A stretch of 47,972 nt of DNA from an uncultured Bacilli bacterium (GTDB lineage: Bacteria > Bacillota_I > Bacilli_A > RFN20 > CAG-826): the NCBI GenBank assembly GCA_905236395.1, contig CAJOPR010000008.1, forward strand, positions 1 to 47,972, read 5' to 3'. Position numbers and translations under genes: made by a program. Under the pieces are notes generated by a model that was not told the origin of the DNA, made no database searches, and saw nothing but the letters and a program-made list of their open reading frames with translations. Positions within the stretch are counted from its first letter, which is position 1. Each line of letters opens with the position of its first letter. This document shows positions 35,165 through 44,037 of this stretch, in pieces.

Positions 35165-35836
35165 ATGGACAAAATACCGACCACCTGGAATGAGTTTTTT
35201 AAATCCACACAGAACAAGGATTATTCCATTCGTCTACATAAGTTTTTAGATGAGGAATATAGTAACCATGTGTGCTATCCACCCAGGAAACTTCTTTTTA
35301 ATGCGTTTCAATTAACTCCATTAGATAAAGTAAAGGTCGTTATTATCGGACAAGATCCTTATCACGAACCAGGACAAGCCATGGGATTATCATTCTCCGT
35401 TCCTGAAACTGTCAAAGTCCCACCTTCTTTAATCAATATCTATAAAGAGATTGCGGATGAATATGACACTGAAGTTGATATGAGTAGTGGTGATCTTACC
35501 TATTTGGCAAAACAAGGCGTTTTGTTGCTTAACTCCATTTTGAGTGTGCGCGCTCATGAACCCATGAGCCATAACATTAAAGAATATGAAGATTTCTTCC
35601 ATGATGTTTTAGAAGTCTTGGATAAACAATATCGTCCAATCGTGTTTATGTTATGGGGTAACTCTGCGAGAAAGTTAAAGAAGTTATTACATAATCCAAG
35701 CCACCTCATATTAGAAAGTGTCCATCCATCTCCACTAGCTGCGAATCACGGAGGATGGTTTAAGAATAATCACTTCAGATTAGCTAACGAGTATTTGAAG
35801 AAAAACAAGGTCAAACCTATTGATTGGCTGAAATAA
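35165..35836 (+). CDS. ung: uracil-DNA glycosylase
   Basis: Contains the GQDPYH motif, LLLNS, and HPSPLA near the C-terminus. Length is 223 aa. Confidence 0.93.
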   Translation: MDKIPTTWNEFFKSTQNKDYSIRLHKFLDEEYSNHVCYPPRKLLFNAFQLTPLDKVKVVIIGQDPYHEPGQAMGLSFSVPETVKVPPSLINIYKEIADEYDTEVDMSSGDLTYLAKQGVLLLNSILSVRAHEPMSHNIKEYEDFFHDVLEVLDKQYRPIVFMLWGNSARKLKKLLHNPSHLILESVHPSPLAANHGGWFKNNHFRLANEYLKKNKVKPIDWLK

Positions 35837-35852
35837 AAGAATATACTTATTG

Positions 35853-35940
35853 ATAGGAGCTGGGCATTAACCCGGCTGAGAGGAACCGTGTTCCGGTTCG
35901 ACTGAACACCTGATCCAGATAATGCTGGCGGAGGTTAAAA
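35853..35940 (+). promoter_or_regulatory. TPP (THI-box) riboswitch aptamer
   Basis: Conserved elements are ggctgaga (35876-35883) and acctgatccagataatgctggcg (35910-35932). It sits immediately upstream of a ThiT-like transporter gene. Confidence 0.85.
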
Positions 35941-35982
35941 AGAGTTTTCCTCCGGGTGATGTATATCCAGGAGGTATTTTTT

Positions 35983-36978
35983 ATGGATAAACAAACCCAA
36001 ACCAAGAAAGAAAAAGGTCGCTTTTTTGAAAAATATGGTTGGATATTTGCTTTAGTATCTGGCTTTATTGCGATCTGTTTTTTATTCGGACAAGTCGTTA
36101 AAACAAAAGTTGATGGAGCGGTAGTTGATGTCCATTTATGGGACTATTTCATGGGGCTTCATCCATTTGATTGGTCCATGTACATAACGGTTGGATTATT
36201 AATGTTAGGAATTATATTTATGTCCCTTCATTTAGTGAATCCGACATTTGATTCTATTGCTAGTATGCTATTCATATTAGCGATTCCATTATTAGCTTTA
36301 TCACGTGAATTCTATGATTGTAATGAAATAGAAGGAGTAAAAGCATCCTTTGGATGGGGTGCTGCATGTTCTATTGGATTTACTGTAAGTGCTGCATTAC
36401 TTTCTTTATCCGCTCACTTTGTTGATAGACCTATTACTATTAGAGAGATTGCGGAAGATGGAATTTTGATTGCTGCCGCTATCATATTGAACTTCATCAA
36501 GATCCCGTTAGGTCCTTCAGGTGGATCAATTAACTTCCAGATGTTACCGCTTATGCTTATCGCCTTAAGACACGGTCCCGCTCATGGGCTTATCTGTGGT
36601 GGAATTATATATGGCTTAGTGACCTGTTTGATTGATGGTTGGGGATTTGCTACATATCCATTTGATTACCTTATCGGATTTGGCAGTGTGATGGTCCTCG
36701 GATTATTCAACAAATTCATCTTGGGTGAGAATCAAAAGTGGTATAACTTAAAAGGTGAAATTTTCTTACTTATTGGTGGTATTCTCTGTACTTTTGTGAG
36801 ATTTGTTGGATCCACAGCTTCATCCATGATTGTGTACGGATACACATTCGTAGCTGCGGCCGCATATAACGCTATATACATACCTGTTAGTGGAGCAATT
36901 GCCATCGCTATGATTATGGCGGCGTATGGTCCATTACTTAAGGTTCATAACTTGTTTCCAGTTAAAAAATCTATCTAA
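35983..36978 (+). CDS. thiT: thiamine transporter ThiT (ECF S-component) with an N-terminal extension of about 150 aa and 4 TM helices
   Basis: The C-terminal ~180 aa align by eye with ThiT (IREIAEDGILIAAAIILNFIKI...MLPLMLIALRHGPAHGLICGGIIYGL). AGGAGG lies 8 nt before the ATG at 35983. Confidence 0.8.
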   Translation: MDKQTQTKKEKGRFFEKYGWIFALVSGFIAICFLFGQVVKTKVDGAVVDVHLWDYFMGLHPFDWSMYITVGLLMLGIIFMSLHLVNPTFDSIASMLFILAIPLLALSREFYDCNEIEGVKASFGWGAACSIGFTVSAALLSLSAHFVDRPITIREIAEDGILIAAAIILNFIKIPLGPSGGSINFQMLPLMLIALRHGPAHGLICGGIIYGLVTCLIDGWGFATYPFDYLIGFGSVMVLGLFNKFILGENQKWYNLKGEIFLLIGGILCTFVRFVGSTASSMIVYGYTFVAAAAYNAIYIPVSGAIAIAMIMAAYGPLLKVHNLFPVKKSI

Positions 36979-37054
36979 TTAAATTAATTGCCCTCGTAAA
37001 GATACTATTTTCTAAATAAATATGATATATTTGTTAGAAAGCGAGGGCTTTTAT

Positions 37055-38071
37055 ATGAGCAAGAAAGTTAATGAAGAAGTTGTAGAGGAAGTTAAAGAAG
37101 AAAAGGCTGAAGAAGTCAAAGATATGAACGCCTTGTTACCGGGCGCAACACCTATTGAAAAGCCAACTCCTGAAACCCCTGCTTATGAAGATAGTATTGA
37201 AGAAGCTCGTTTAGCTTTCACAAAGAAATTCAAAGTTGGACGTAGAAATAGTTATATTGCCATGGGCGTCTTACTGCTTTTAGCAGTTGGTGCTGTTGTA
37301 TGCATTGGCATGAATGGTATGGGCTGGAAGATTGCTGGTTGGTCCTTAGTGGGAACCGCAGTAGTTGGAATGCTTCTATACTATATTTTGACAAGGAACA
37401 TAGTTCCTAACGCCACAAAAGAATATATTTCTGTCGTTAACTATCAATTAAATATGAGAAACTACGCAGACAACCGTTTTACGGATGTCTCCACTGATAA
37501 AAATGAAAAGATTGAATTAGCAGATCCTATCAGCGATGCAATCTTTAAAGATTTAAATCATATTGCTTCCAGAAATGTTATTAATGGTCACTTCGTAGGA
37601 AGATCATTTAAAGTTGCAGACTTGGGTGTCTATTCTGGACAAGGTCGCTCACGCACATCAGCATTCGTTGGAAAATACATCTCCTATCCAAATGATTTGC
37701 ATTTCGAAGGCAGATATATCCTTGTTAGCAAAGGTGTTGCTCCTGTTGATCTGCCAACAGATATTGAAGACCTCGTGGTTTTAAGTGAAGAAGATAACTT
37801 TGTTATCTACGGTAAAGAAGGAAATAAACCCGCTAGTGATTTAGGAAAAGATTTCCTAGAAAGCATTAAGAAAATCAGAGTAGAAAATCACTTACTCAAT
37901 GTTGATGTTGTTATTTGGGGCGGACATACTTCCATTTACGCCTCTTACGATGACAAGATCATGACGCTTCCTTATCAAGAAAAATACGATAAAGAGCCAA
38001 ATGAACAATTTGCGAATAATCTTATCGCTTACTTTGAAGCTTTAGCTTTATTAGTGAAGAAGGAGAAATAG
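37055..38071 (+). CDS. membrane-anchored hypothetical protein (338 aa)
   Basis: Acidic N-terminus, two TM helices (YIAMGVLLLLAVGAVVCIG and IAGWSLVGTAVVGMLLYYIL), then a soluble domain of about 220 aa. ATG at 37055 is preferred. Confidence 0.65.
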   Translation: MSKKVNEEVVEEVKEEKAEEVKDMNALLPGATPIEKPTPETPAYEDSIEEARLAFTKKFKVGRRNSYIAMGVLLLLAVGAVVCIGMNGMGWKIAGWSLVGTAVVGMLLYYILTRNIVPNATKEYISVVNYQLNMRNYADNRFTDVSTDKNEKIELADPISDAIFKDLNHIASRNVINGHFVGRSFKVADLGVYSGQGRSRTSAFVGKYISYPNDLHFEGRYILVSKGVAPVDLPTDIEDLVVLSEEDNFVIYGKEGNKPASDLGKDFLESIKKIRVENHLLNVDVVIWGGHTSIYASYDDKIMTLPYQEKYDKEPNEQFANNLIAYFEALALLVKKEK

Positions 38072-38072
38072 A

Positions 38073-38603
38073 ATGCCTTTAGTGGGTCGTTGGTTAGGAA
38101 TTGAATGCTTTAAGCATAACGGTAGCCTTCATCGTTGTTGGGACCGTGCTTTAGTATTGGAAAACAATTCTGATTACATAGTAACAGCGACCAAGAGAGC
38201 TAAAGTTATTGAAAGCAATGGCAGACGTTGGTTCACTAAAGAACCTGCAGTTACCATCTTCTCCAAGAAGGAGTGGTGGAATGTTATCTGCATGATTAAA
38301 ACAGATGGCATTTGCTATTACTGCAACATTGCTTCCCCATCTATTGTTAATAAAGATTACATTAAGTACATCGACTATGATTTAGACACAAAGCTTTTCA
38401 CCAACAATGAAATTCGTGTCTTAGATGAAAAAGAATACGCTCATCACCGTGCTACTTATAAGTATGGCGATGATTTAGATATGGTTTTGAAATACACAAC
38501 CAAGATTATCATCGAGAGAATGAAGAAAAGAGAATTTCCATTCGATGATTCAAAGATTAAAGACTACTTTGATGAGTTCTTGGAAATCACCAAGAAGAAA
38601 TAA
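38073..38603 (+). CDS. DUF402-family nucleoside tri/diphosphatase (Ntdp/YgaC-like)
   Basis: FKHNGSLHRCW...YYCNIASP...YIDYDLD pattern of the DUF402 family, 176 aa. Confidence 0.8.
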   Translation: MPLVGRWLGIECFKHNGSLHRCWDRALVLENNSDYIVTATKRAKVIESNGRRWFTKEPAVTIFSKKEWWNVICMIKTDGICYYCNIASPSIVNKDYIKYIDYDLDTKLFTNNEIRVLDEKEYAHHRATYKYGDDLDMVLKYTTKIIIERMKKREFPFDDSKIKDYFDEFLEITKKK

Positions 38604-38632
38604 AAGCCTTATAAAGGCTTTAAATTTTGCCC

Positions 38633-39082
38633 ATGAAAACGATTGAATATATTAGCAAATCAAAAGAAGAAACAATGGAATTAGCTAGTAAAATGGCAAG
38701 TAAACTTCCAGATGGTATCACTCTTACCTTTACCGGAGACTTAGGTGCAGGTAAGACTACTTTTGTTCGTGGACTTGCTAAAGGACTTAATATCAAAGAG
38801 GTTGTTCAATCTCCAACATTCAATATCATGAAGATTTATTTCAAAGGTGATCGTCCATTAGTACATATTGATGCTTATCGCCTTGCGGATATTGATACAG
38901 ATATCGGTTTAGATGAATATATCGGCTATGAAAGTGGTATCACTGTTATTGAATGGCCAATGTACATCCAAAAATTGATTCCCGATAACGCAATTGAAGT
39001 GGAAATTACCAACCTCGGTGACGACAATCGTAAACTCGTTTTCAAAGTAAAAGATGAGAGTCTTTTGGAGATGTTCAAATAA
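38633..39082 (+). CDS. tsaE: tRNA t6A37 biosynthesis ATPase TsaE
   Basis: GDLGAGKTTFVRGLAKGL P-loop and SPTFNIMKIY..HIDAYRL. The ATG at 38633 lies within the listed ORF. Confidence 0.9.
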   Translation: MKTIEYISKSKEETMELASKMASKLPDGITLTFTGDLGAGKTTFVRGLAKGLNIKEVVQSPTFNIMKIYFKGDRPLVHIDAYRLADIDTDIGLDEYIGYESGITVIEWPMYIQKLIPDNAIEVEITNLGDDNRKLVFKVKDESLLEMFK

Positions 39083-39666
39083 TGGTCACGATCCTATTAG
39101 ATTCCTCAAATACATCCTTAACTGTTGGTATAGCAAGAGATGATGTTTTGCTCGAGAACGTTTCCTATGAAGCGTGGCAGTCTCAATCGGAACATATGGT
39201 TCCAGAATTAGACAAACTTTTGAATAAATACGATGTTGATAAAACGGAAATCAAAGAAGTTGCTGTTGCGGTTGGTCCTGGCTCCTACACAGGTGTCAGA
39301 ATCGCTATCACAATCGCTAAGACAATTGCTGCTGCATTAGGAGCAAAAATATACGCAATTTCCTCATTAAGATGCCAAAAAGACTGCAAAAACCCATCAA
39401 TTTGCGTGATTAATGCAAGAAGTGGACGTTCATACTTTGGCGTTTTTGAAGATACAAAAATCATTGTTGATGACTGCATTATGACTAACGATAAAGTCAT
39501 TGAATTTGTCAAAGAACATCCTGATTTTGTGGTGTGTGGAAACGCATCTTATCTTGGCGTTGAGGGCAAACAACCAGACATTGCCAGAGAGCTACTTGAA
39601 TTAAAGAAAATTACTAAACCTGAGGCCGAACCTTTAGCGGTCAAACCGGTTTATATGAAGGATTAA
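39082..39666 (+). CDS. tsaB: tRNA t6A37 biosynthesis protein TsaB
   Basis: ILLDSSNTSLTVGI and VAVGPGSYTGVRIAITIAK motifs. Confidence 0.88.
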   Translation: MVTILLDSSNTSLTVGIARDDVLLENVSYEAWQSQSEHMVPELDKLLNKYDVDKTEIKEVAVAVGPGSYTGVRIAITIAKTIAAALGAKIYAISSLRCQKDCKNPSICVINARSGRSYFGVFEDTKIIVDDCIMTNDKVIEFVKEHPDFVVCGNASYLGVEGKQPDIARELLELKKITKPEAEPLAVKPVYMKD

Positions 39667-39667
39667 T

Positions 39668-40144
39668 ATGGACTATTTGTACGTGACAGTAAGAGAAGCG
39701 ACAGATAACGATATTCCAGCAATTTTGGAACTGGAAAATCTTTGTTTTATTGACCCTTGGAATAAGGAAAATGTGCTTTATGAGATGCACGAAAATCCAG
39801 TCAGTAATTTTTGGGTTATTGAACTAGAAGAAAAGACTCAAAACATTAAGTCGGTAGTGGGTTTTTGTGACTATTGGCACACATTCGACTCTGCGACAAT
39901 CGCCCAGATTGCCGTTCATCCACATTTACAGAGAAAACAACTCGGAAGTGCGATGATGGATGAGATCATTAATGATTGTTATGCAAAGAAAGTACAAACT
40001 CTCACCCTTGAAGTAAGAGCGAATAATGAAAAGGCTATCAATTTCTATCTGAAACATGGTTTTAAGAAAGAAGTTGTTAAACCTCATTACTATAAAGACG
40101 GTGAGGATGCGATTTATATGATTAGAAAGGTGGAAGACGATTAA
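39668..40144 (+). CDS. rimI: ribosomal-protein-alanine N-acetyltransferase (GNAT)
   Basis: GNAT motif A region (IAVHPHLQRKQLGSAMMDEII). It lies between tsaB and tsaD, as is conserved. Confidence 0.8.
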   Translation: MDYLYVTVREATDNDIPAILELENLCFIDPWNKENVLYEMHENPVSNFWVIELEEKTQNIKSVVGFCDYWHTFDSATIAQIAVHPHLQRKQLGSAMMDEIINDCYAKKVQTLTLEVRANNEKAINFYLKHGFKKEVVKPHYYKDGEDAIYMIRKVEDD

Positions 40145-40145
40145 T

Positions 40146-41162
40146 ATGGCTTTAATTCTCGCTATTGAATCAAGCTGTGATGAAACTTCTGTTGCTATTA
40201 CTCGCGATGGCAAATTACTTTCTAATGTCGTCAGCACACAAATAGAGGTTCACCGTAAATACGGTGGTGTTATGCCTGAAATAGCTTCTAGATTACACGC
40301 TGAGAATATCGGTGTGGTTTTAAAAGAAGCTGTTGAACAAGCCAATATCAAGATTGAAGATGTCGATGCTATTGCAGTCACACGTGGCCCGGGCCTTATA
40401 GGTGCATTACATGTGGGCTTACAATGCGCGAAGACACTTGCAATGCTATACAAGAAGCCACTCATTCCTGTTCATCACTTAACTGGGCATATTTATGCCA
40501 ATGAGTTTATTGAGCCATTACAATTCCCGTTATTGGCTGTTGTCGTCAGTGGTGGTAACTCTGAATTAGTGATCATGGAAGGGCCAATGCAATTCAAAGT
40601 CATTGGTGAAACTAGAGATGACGCGATTGGTGAATGTTACGATAAAGTCGCTCGTGTCTTAGGTCTTCCTTATCCAGGTGGCTTGCCAATTGATCAATTA
40701 ACTAAAGAGGGTGAACATACTTATGATTTGCCTATCCCATTAAAAGGTGAACATACATATGATTTATCTTATTCTGGTTTAAAGACCAACATCATCAATT
40801 TAGTTCATAATTTAGAACAAAAAGGTGAGAAGGTAAATGTACCTAATATGTGCCGCTCATTCCAAGACGTCGCTGTTGGATTAGTGATCGATAGAACCTT
40901 AAGAGCGGTTGAGGAATATAAAGTAAAACAAGTCATCCTTGCTGGTGGTGTTAGTGCGAACTCCTATTTACGTGGTGAAATCAAACGCGAGATGGAAAAG
41001 AGAGGAATTAAGTATATCATTCCTCCAATGTGGTGTTGTACAGACCAAGCCGCAATGATTGCAAAGGTCGCAGAACACTTATACGAAATGAAAGTCTTTG
41101 CCCCACTTGATATAGGGGTGGATCCAAACTGGTTTATTGAAGATTTTCAAAAATTTGAATAA
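40146..41162 (+). CDS. tsaD: tRNA N6-adenosine threonylcarbamoyltransferase TsaD
   Basis: ILAIESSCDETSVAI, VTRGPGLIGALHVG, PVHHLTGHI and AGGVSAN motifs. Confidence 0.93.
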   Translation: MALILAIESSCDETSVAITRDGKLLSNVVSTQIEVHRKYGGVMPEIASRLHAENIGVVLKEAVEQANIKIEDVDAIAVTRGPGLIGALHVGLQCAKTLAMLYKKPLIPVHHLTGHIYANEFIEPLQFPLLAVVVSGGNSELVIMEGPMQFKVIGETRDDAIGECYDKVARVLGLPYPGGLPIDQLTKEGEHTYDLPIPLKGEHTYDLSYSGLKTNIINLVHNLEQKGEKVNVPNMCRSFQDVAVGLVIDRTLRAVEEYKVKQVILAGGVSANSYLRGEIKREMEKRGIKYIIPPMWCCTDQAAMIAKVAEHLYEMKVFAPLDIGVDPNWFIEDFQKFE

Positions 41163-41213
41163 TGAAATGCAATAAATAAATTAATTGATATAATTTAAAC
41201 GAGGTATTTAATT

Positions 41214-42605
41214 ATGGAACCTATTAAAACAACAAACTTCGAATTATTCGATATCATCGTCAATGGTAACGAAGAAGAAAAGAAAGAAACAAAAGTCGTT
41301 GAACTAGAAGGTTGGGTCAAGACCAATCGTGATAATGGTTCAATCGGATTTGTGGAGTTCAATGATGGAACTTGTTTTAAAAACGTTCAACTCGTTTATA
41401 ACAAAGACGCTAAAGGATATGAAGTCTTAACTTCATTAAGAACAGGCGCTGCCATTAGAGTGGTTGGTGAAGTGGTTCTTACTCCTGAGAATAAACAACC
41501 ATTTGAAATCAAAGTATTAGAATGCGAACTTGAAGGTGATTGTGCGGATGACTATCCTCTTCAAAAGAAGAGACACTCATTTGAATTCTTAAGAGAAATT
41601 GCCCACATCAGACCAAGAGCAAATACTTTCCAAGCGGTTTATAGAGTCCGTTCTGTTTTATCCATGGCTATTCATGAATTCTTCCAAGATAGAGGATTTA
41701 TTTATGTCCATACGCCATTAATTACCACAAACGATGGTGAAGGTGCCGGTAATGTCTTTGATGTCACCACACACGATACAAAAGATCCAAACTATTTCTA
41801 TGGTAGAAAAGTTAACTTAACCGTTACTGGTCAATTACATGTTGAGCCATTTGCTTTAGCCTTTAGAGATGTTTATACATTCGGTCCTGCTTTTAGAGCG
41901 GAACACTCTAACACAGTGAGACACGCTTCTGAATTCTGGATGGTGGAACCAGAAATCGCATTTGCGGATTTAAATGACAATATGGATTTAATCGAAGACT
42001 GTGTTAAATACTGCATTAACTACGTTATGAAGTCTTGTCCAGATGAAATGGCGTTCTTCAATCAAATGATTGATAACACTTTGTTAGAAAGACTTAATCA
42101 CGTCCTTAACAGTGAGTTTAAGAGAATGAGCTACACCGAAGGTGTTAAGCTCTTACAAGATGCTGTTAAAGCCGGTCACAAGTTTGATAACAGCAAGATT
42201 GAATGGGGTATGGATTTACAATCTGAACACGAAAGATACCTCACAGAAGAAGTTGTTAAGGGTCCATTATTCTTAACTGATTATCCAAAAGAAATCAAAG
42301 CTTTCTATATGAGATTAAATGACGACGGCAAAACGGTTGCCGCATGTGACTTATTAGTCCCAATGGTGGGCGAACTCGTCGGTGGTTCTCAAAGAGAAGA
42401 AAGATACGACATTCTTAAAAAGAAAATGGAAGAACTCGGCAACGATAAAGGTCTTGAATGGTATTTAGACACCAGACGTTATGGTGGCTGCCGTCACGCC
42501 GGATTCGGTATTGGTTTTGACCGTTTATTAATGTATATTACAGGTATGCAGAACATTAGAGATGTTCAACCATATCCAAGAACATCAGGCTCAATTAAGT
42601 ACTAA
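41214..42605 (+). CDS. asnS: asparagine--tRNA ligase
   Basis: Class IIb OB-fold N-terminus and FRAEHSNTVRHASEFWMVEPEIAF (AsnRS-type motif 2). The C-terminus has GFGIGFDRLLMY...PYPR. Confidence 0.92.
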   Translation: MEPIKTTNFELFDIIVNGNEEEKKETKVVELEGWVKTNRDNGSIGFVEFNDGTCFKNVQLVYNKDAKGYEVLTSLRTGAAIRVVGEVVLTPENKQPFEIKVLECELEGDCADDYPLQKKRHSFEFLREIAHIRPRANTFQAVYRVRSVLSMAIHEFFQDRGFIYVHTPLITTNDGEGAGNVFDVTTHDTKDPNYFYGRKVNLTVTGQLHVEPFALAFRDVYTFGPAFRAEHSNTVRHASEFWMVEPEIAFADLNDNMDLIEDCVKYCINYVMKSCPDEMAFFNQMIDNTLLERLNHVLNSEFKRMSYTEGVKLLQDAVKAGHKFDNSKIEWGMDLQSEHERYLTEEVVKGPLFLTDYPKEIKAFYMRLNDDGKTVAACDLLVPMVGELVGGSQREERYDILKKKMEELGNDKGLEWYLDTRRYGGCRHAGFGIGFDRLLMYITGMQNIRDVQPYPRTSGSIKY

Positions 42606-42607
42606 TT

Positions 42608-42823
42608 ATGGAAGATAACAAATTAATTACTCCAGAAGAAAAACAAGCACGTAAGGAAAAATTACGTACTCGTTTATTTGTGCTTTTAATTATTTTAGAT
42701 ATCGCTCTTGTTGGATATCTCGTCTACGAGATGATATCTATTTTCACGATGAATAAAAACGGCTCTAATTCATCAGTTGAATCAGCAGCCGCTTTACTCA
42801 GTTGGTTCAGAACCATCATCTGA
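42608..42823 (+). CDS. small single-pass membrane protein (71 aa)
   Basis: The ATG lies 2 nt after the asnS stop and there is one clear TM helix (LFVLLIILDIALVGYLVY). No SD is seen, and the 3' end overlaps the convergent gene by 30 nt. Confidence 0.4.
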   Translation: MEDNKLITPEEKQARKEKLRTRLFVLLIILDIALVGYLVYEMISIFTMNKNGSNSSVESAAALLSWFRTII

Positions 42824-43477
42824 TGGATTTGGATTCTGACTTGCTACATATTTTGCATATTGTTGATTTTGATTAAACCCCTCGAGGGTTTTTTCAAATG
42901 CTGTTGTAGATAATCGGAACATCCTAATAGTTCTCGCTATTAATGATTGCAAAGCAATCAAATACCAGATGCCTCCTACAAGCATGGATGTGACAAAGAT
43001 ATAACTGCACCATGCTTCTGCTTCTAAGTGAGGTGTATTGATTAAGACAGGCCAATTAAGAACTAGTCCAACGCCTTCTTGTTTAACACAACCCGAGAAA
43101 TCCCAGAGGAACATAATTGTGCCAAAACCAGTCTTGTTGTAATCAAAGACGTTATAGGCAAAGTCTTTACAAATAGCGTCCCTGATTATTAACACTAATG
43201 CACCAGTTAAAAGAATGAGAATTGGAATATAGGATTGCTTGAAGAATAATCGCCAATTCTTTTTTCTTGCGTATCTGATGAAGTGCTTCTTGTTTGTAAT
43301 GACTCTGGTGATAACTGGATCCGCAACTACGGTATCGAGTTTCTTACCTTGCCACTTCATAACACGAGTGATGAGATAACCAATATAACCGATTAAAACA
43401 AAGACTAAAACGAAGATGATTAAAAGAGCAAAGATTAATCGTTTATCGTTTTCTGAAAGTGAAAGTAGAAAATTCAT
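42794..43477 (-). CDS. membrane protein (227 aa), family not recognised
   Basis: About 4 TM helices. SD GGAGGGAGG lies upstream of the ATG. It is the last gene of the minus-strand operon. Confidence 0.7.
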   Translation of the reverse strand: MNFLLSLSENDKRLIFALLIIFVLVFVLIGYIGYLITRVMKWQGKKLDTVVADPVITRVITNKKHFIRYARKKNWRLFFKQSYIPILILLTGALVLIIRDAICKDFAYNVFDYNKTGFGTIMFLWDFSGCVKQEGVGLVLNWPVLINTPHLEAEAWCSYIFVTSMLVGGIWYLIALQSLIARTIRMFRLSTTAFEKTLEGFNQNQQYAKYVASQNPNPSDDGSEPTE

Positions 43478-43488
43478 AATCCTCCCTC

Positions 43489-44034
43489 CTAATCAAAATT
43501 AATGTCGACGCCTGAACCCTTATCATCATCGTCGTCATCAATGTCATTTATTTCCAAAATAGTAGTGTTTTGCGTGCTTTTTTCAGCAGAAATAGGTTCT
43601 TTTTCCTCTTTTTTGGGTTCTTCTTCCTGCATCAATTCATTTCTGTTTTCATTAATAAAATTCTCTAAAGGAGTAGCTTCTTCTTCGGGTTCACTCGCCT
43701 CAGTTTGTTCTTCTGATTTCAAATATTCGGGAACGTAGAATGGGTCGCTTGGATTATTTGAATTATCCACGATTGAGGATGTGATAACTGGTCCTTCAGC
43801 GACAGGCTCTTCCGCTGGTTTATTGACTGCGGCGAGTCTTCTTTTTGCCTCTTTATCTTCGGGCAAATCTTCGTAAAGAGATCTTCCTGAGAAGAATAAA
43901 ACAAGACCTTTAATTGCTAAATAGATAAACACAAAAAGAGCGACAACAGCATAAAGCGCTAGGCCCACCAAAAGTATTGGAAGGACTAGTACATATAAGA
44001 CGCCTTTACCGAAATTCTTTAAGAAATTTATCAT
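43489..44034 (-). CDS. membrane protein (181 aa) with a long acidic, disordered tail
   Basis: An N-terminal two-TM hairpin is followed by a Pro/Glu-rich tail ending in DDDDDD. Confidence 0.65.
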   Translation of the reverse strand: MINFLKNFGKGVLYVLVLPILLVGLALYAVVALFVFIYLAIKGLVLFFSGRSLYEDLPEDKEAKRRLAAVNKPAEEPVAEGPVITSSIVDNSNNPSDPFYVPEYLKSEEQTEASEPEEEATPLENFINENRNELMQEEEPKKEEKEPISAEKSTQNTTILEINDIDDDDDDKGSGVDINFD

Positions 44035-44037
44035 AGC

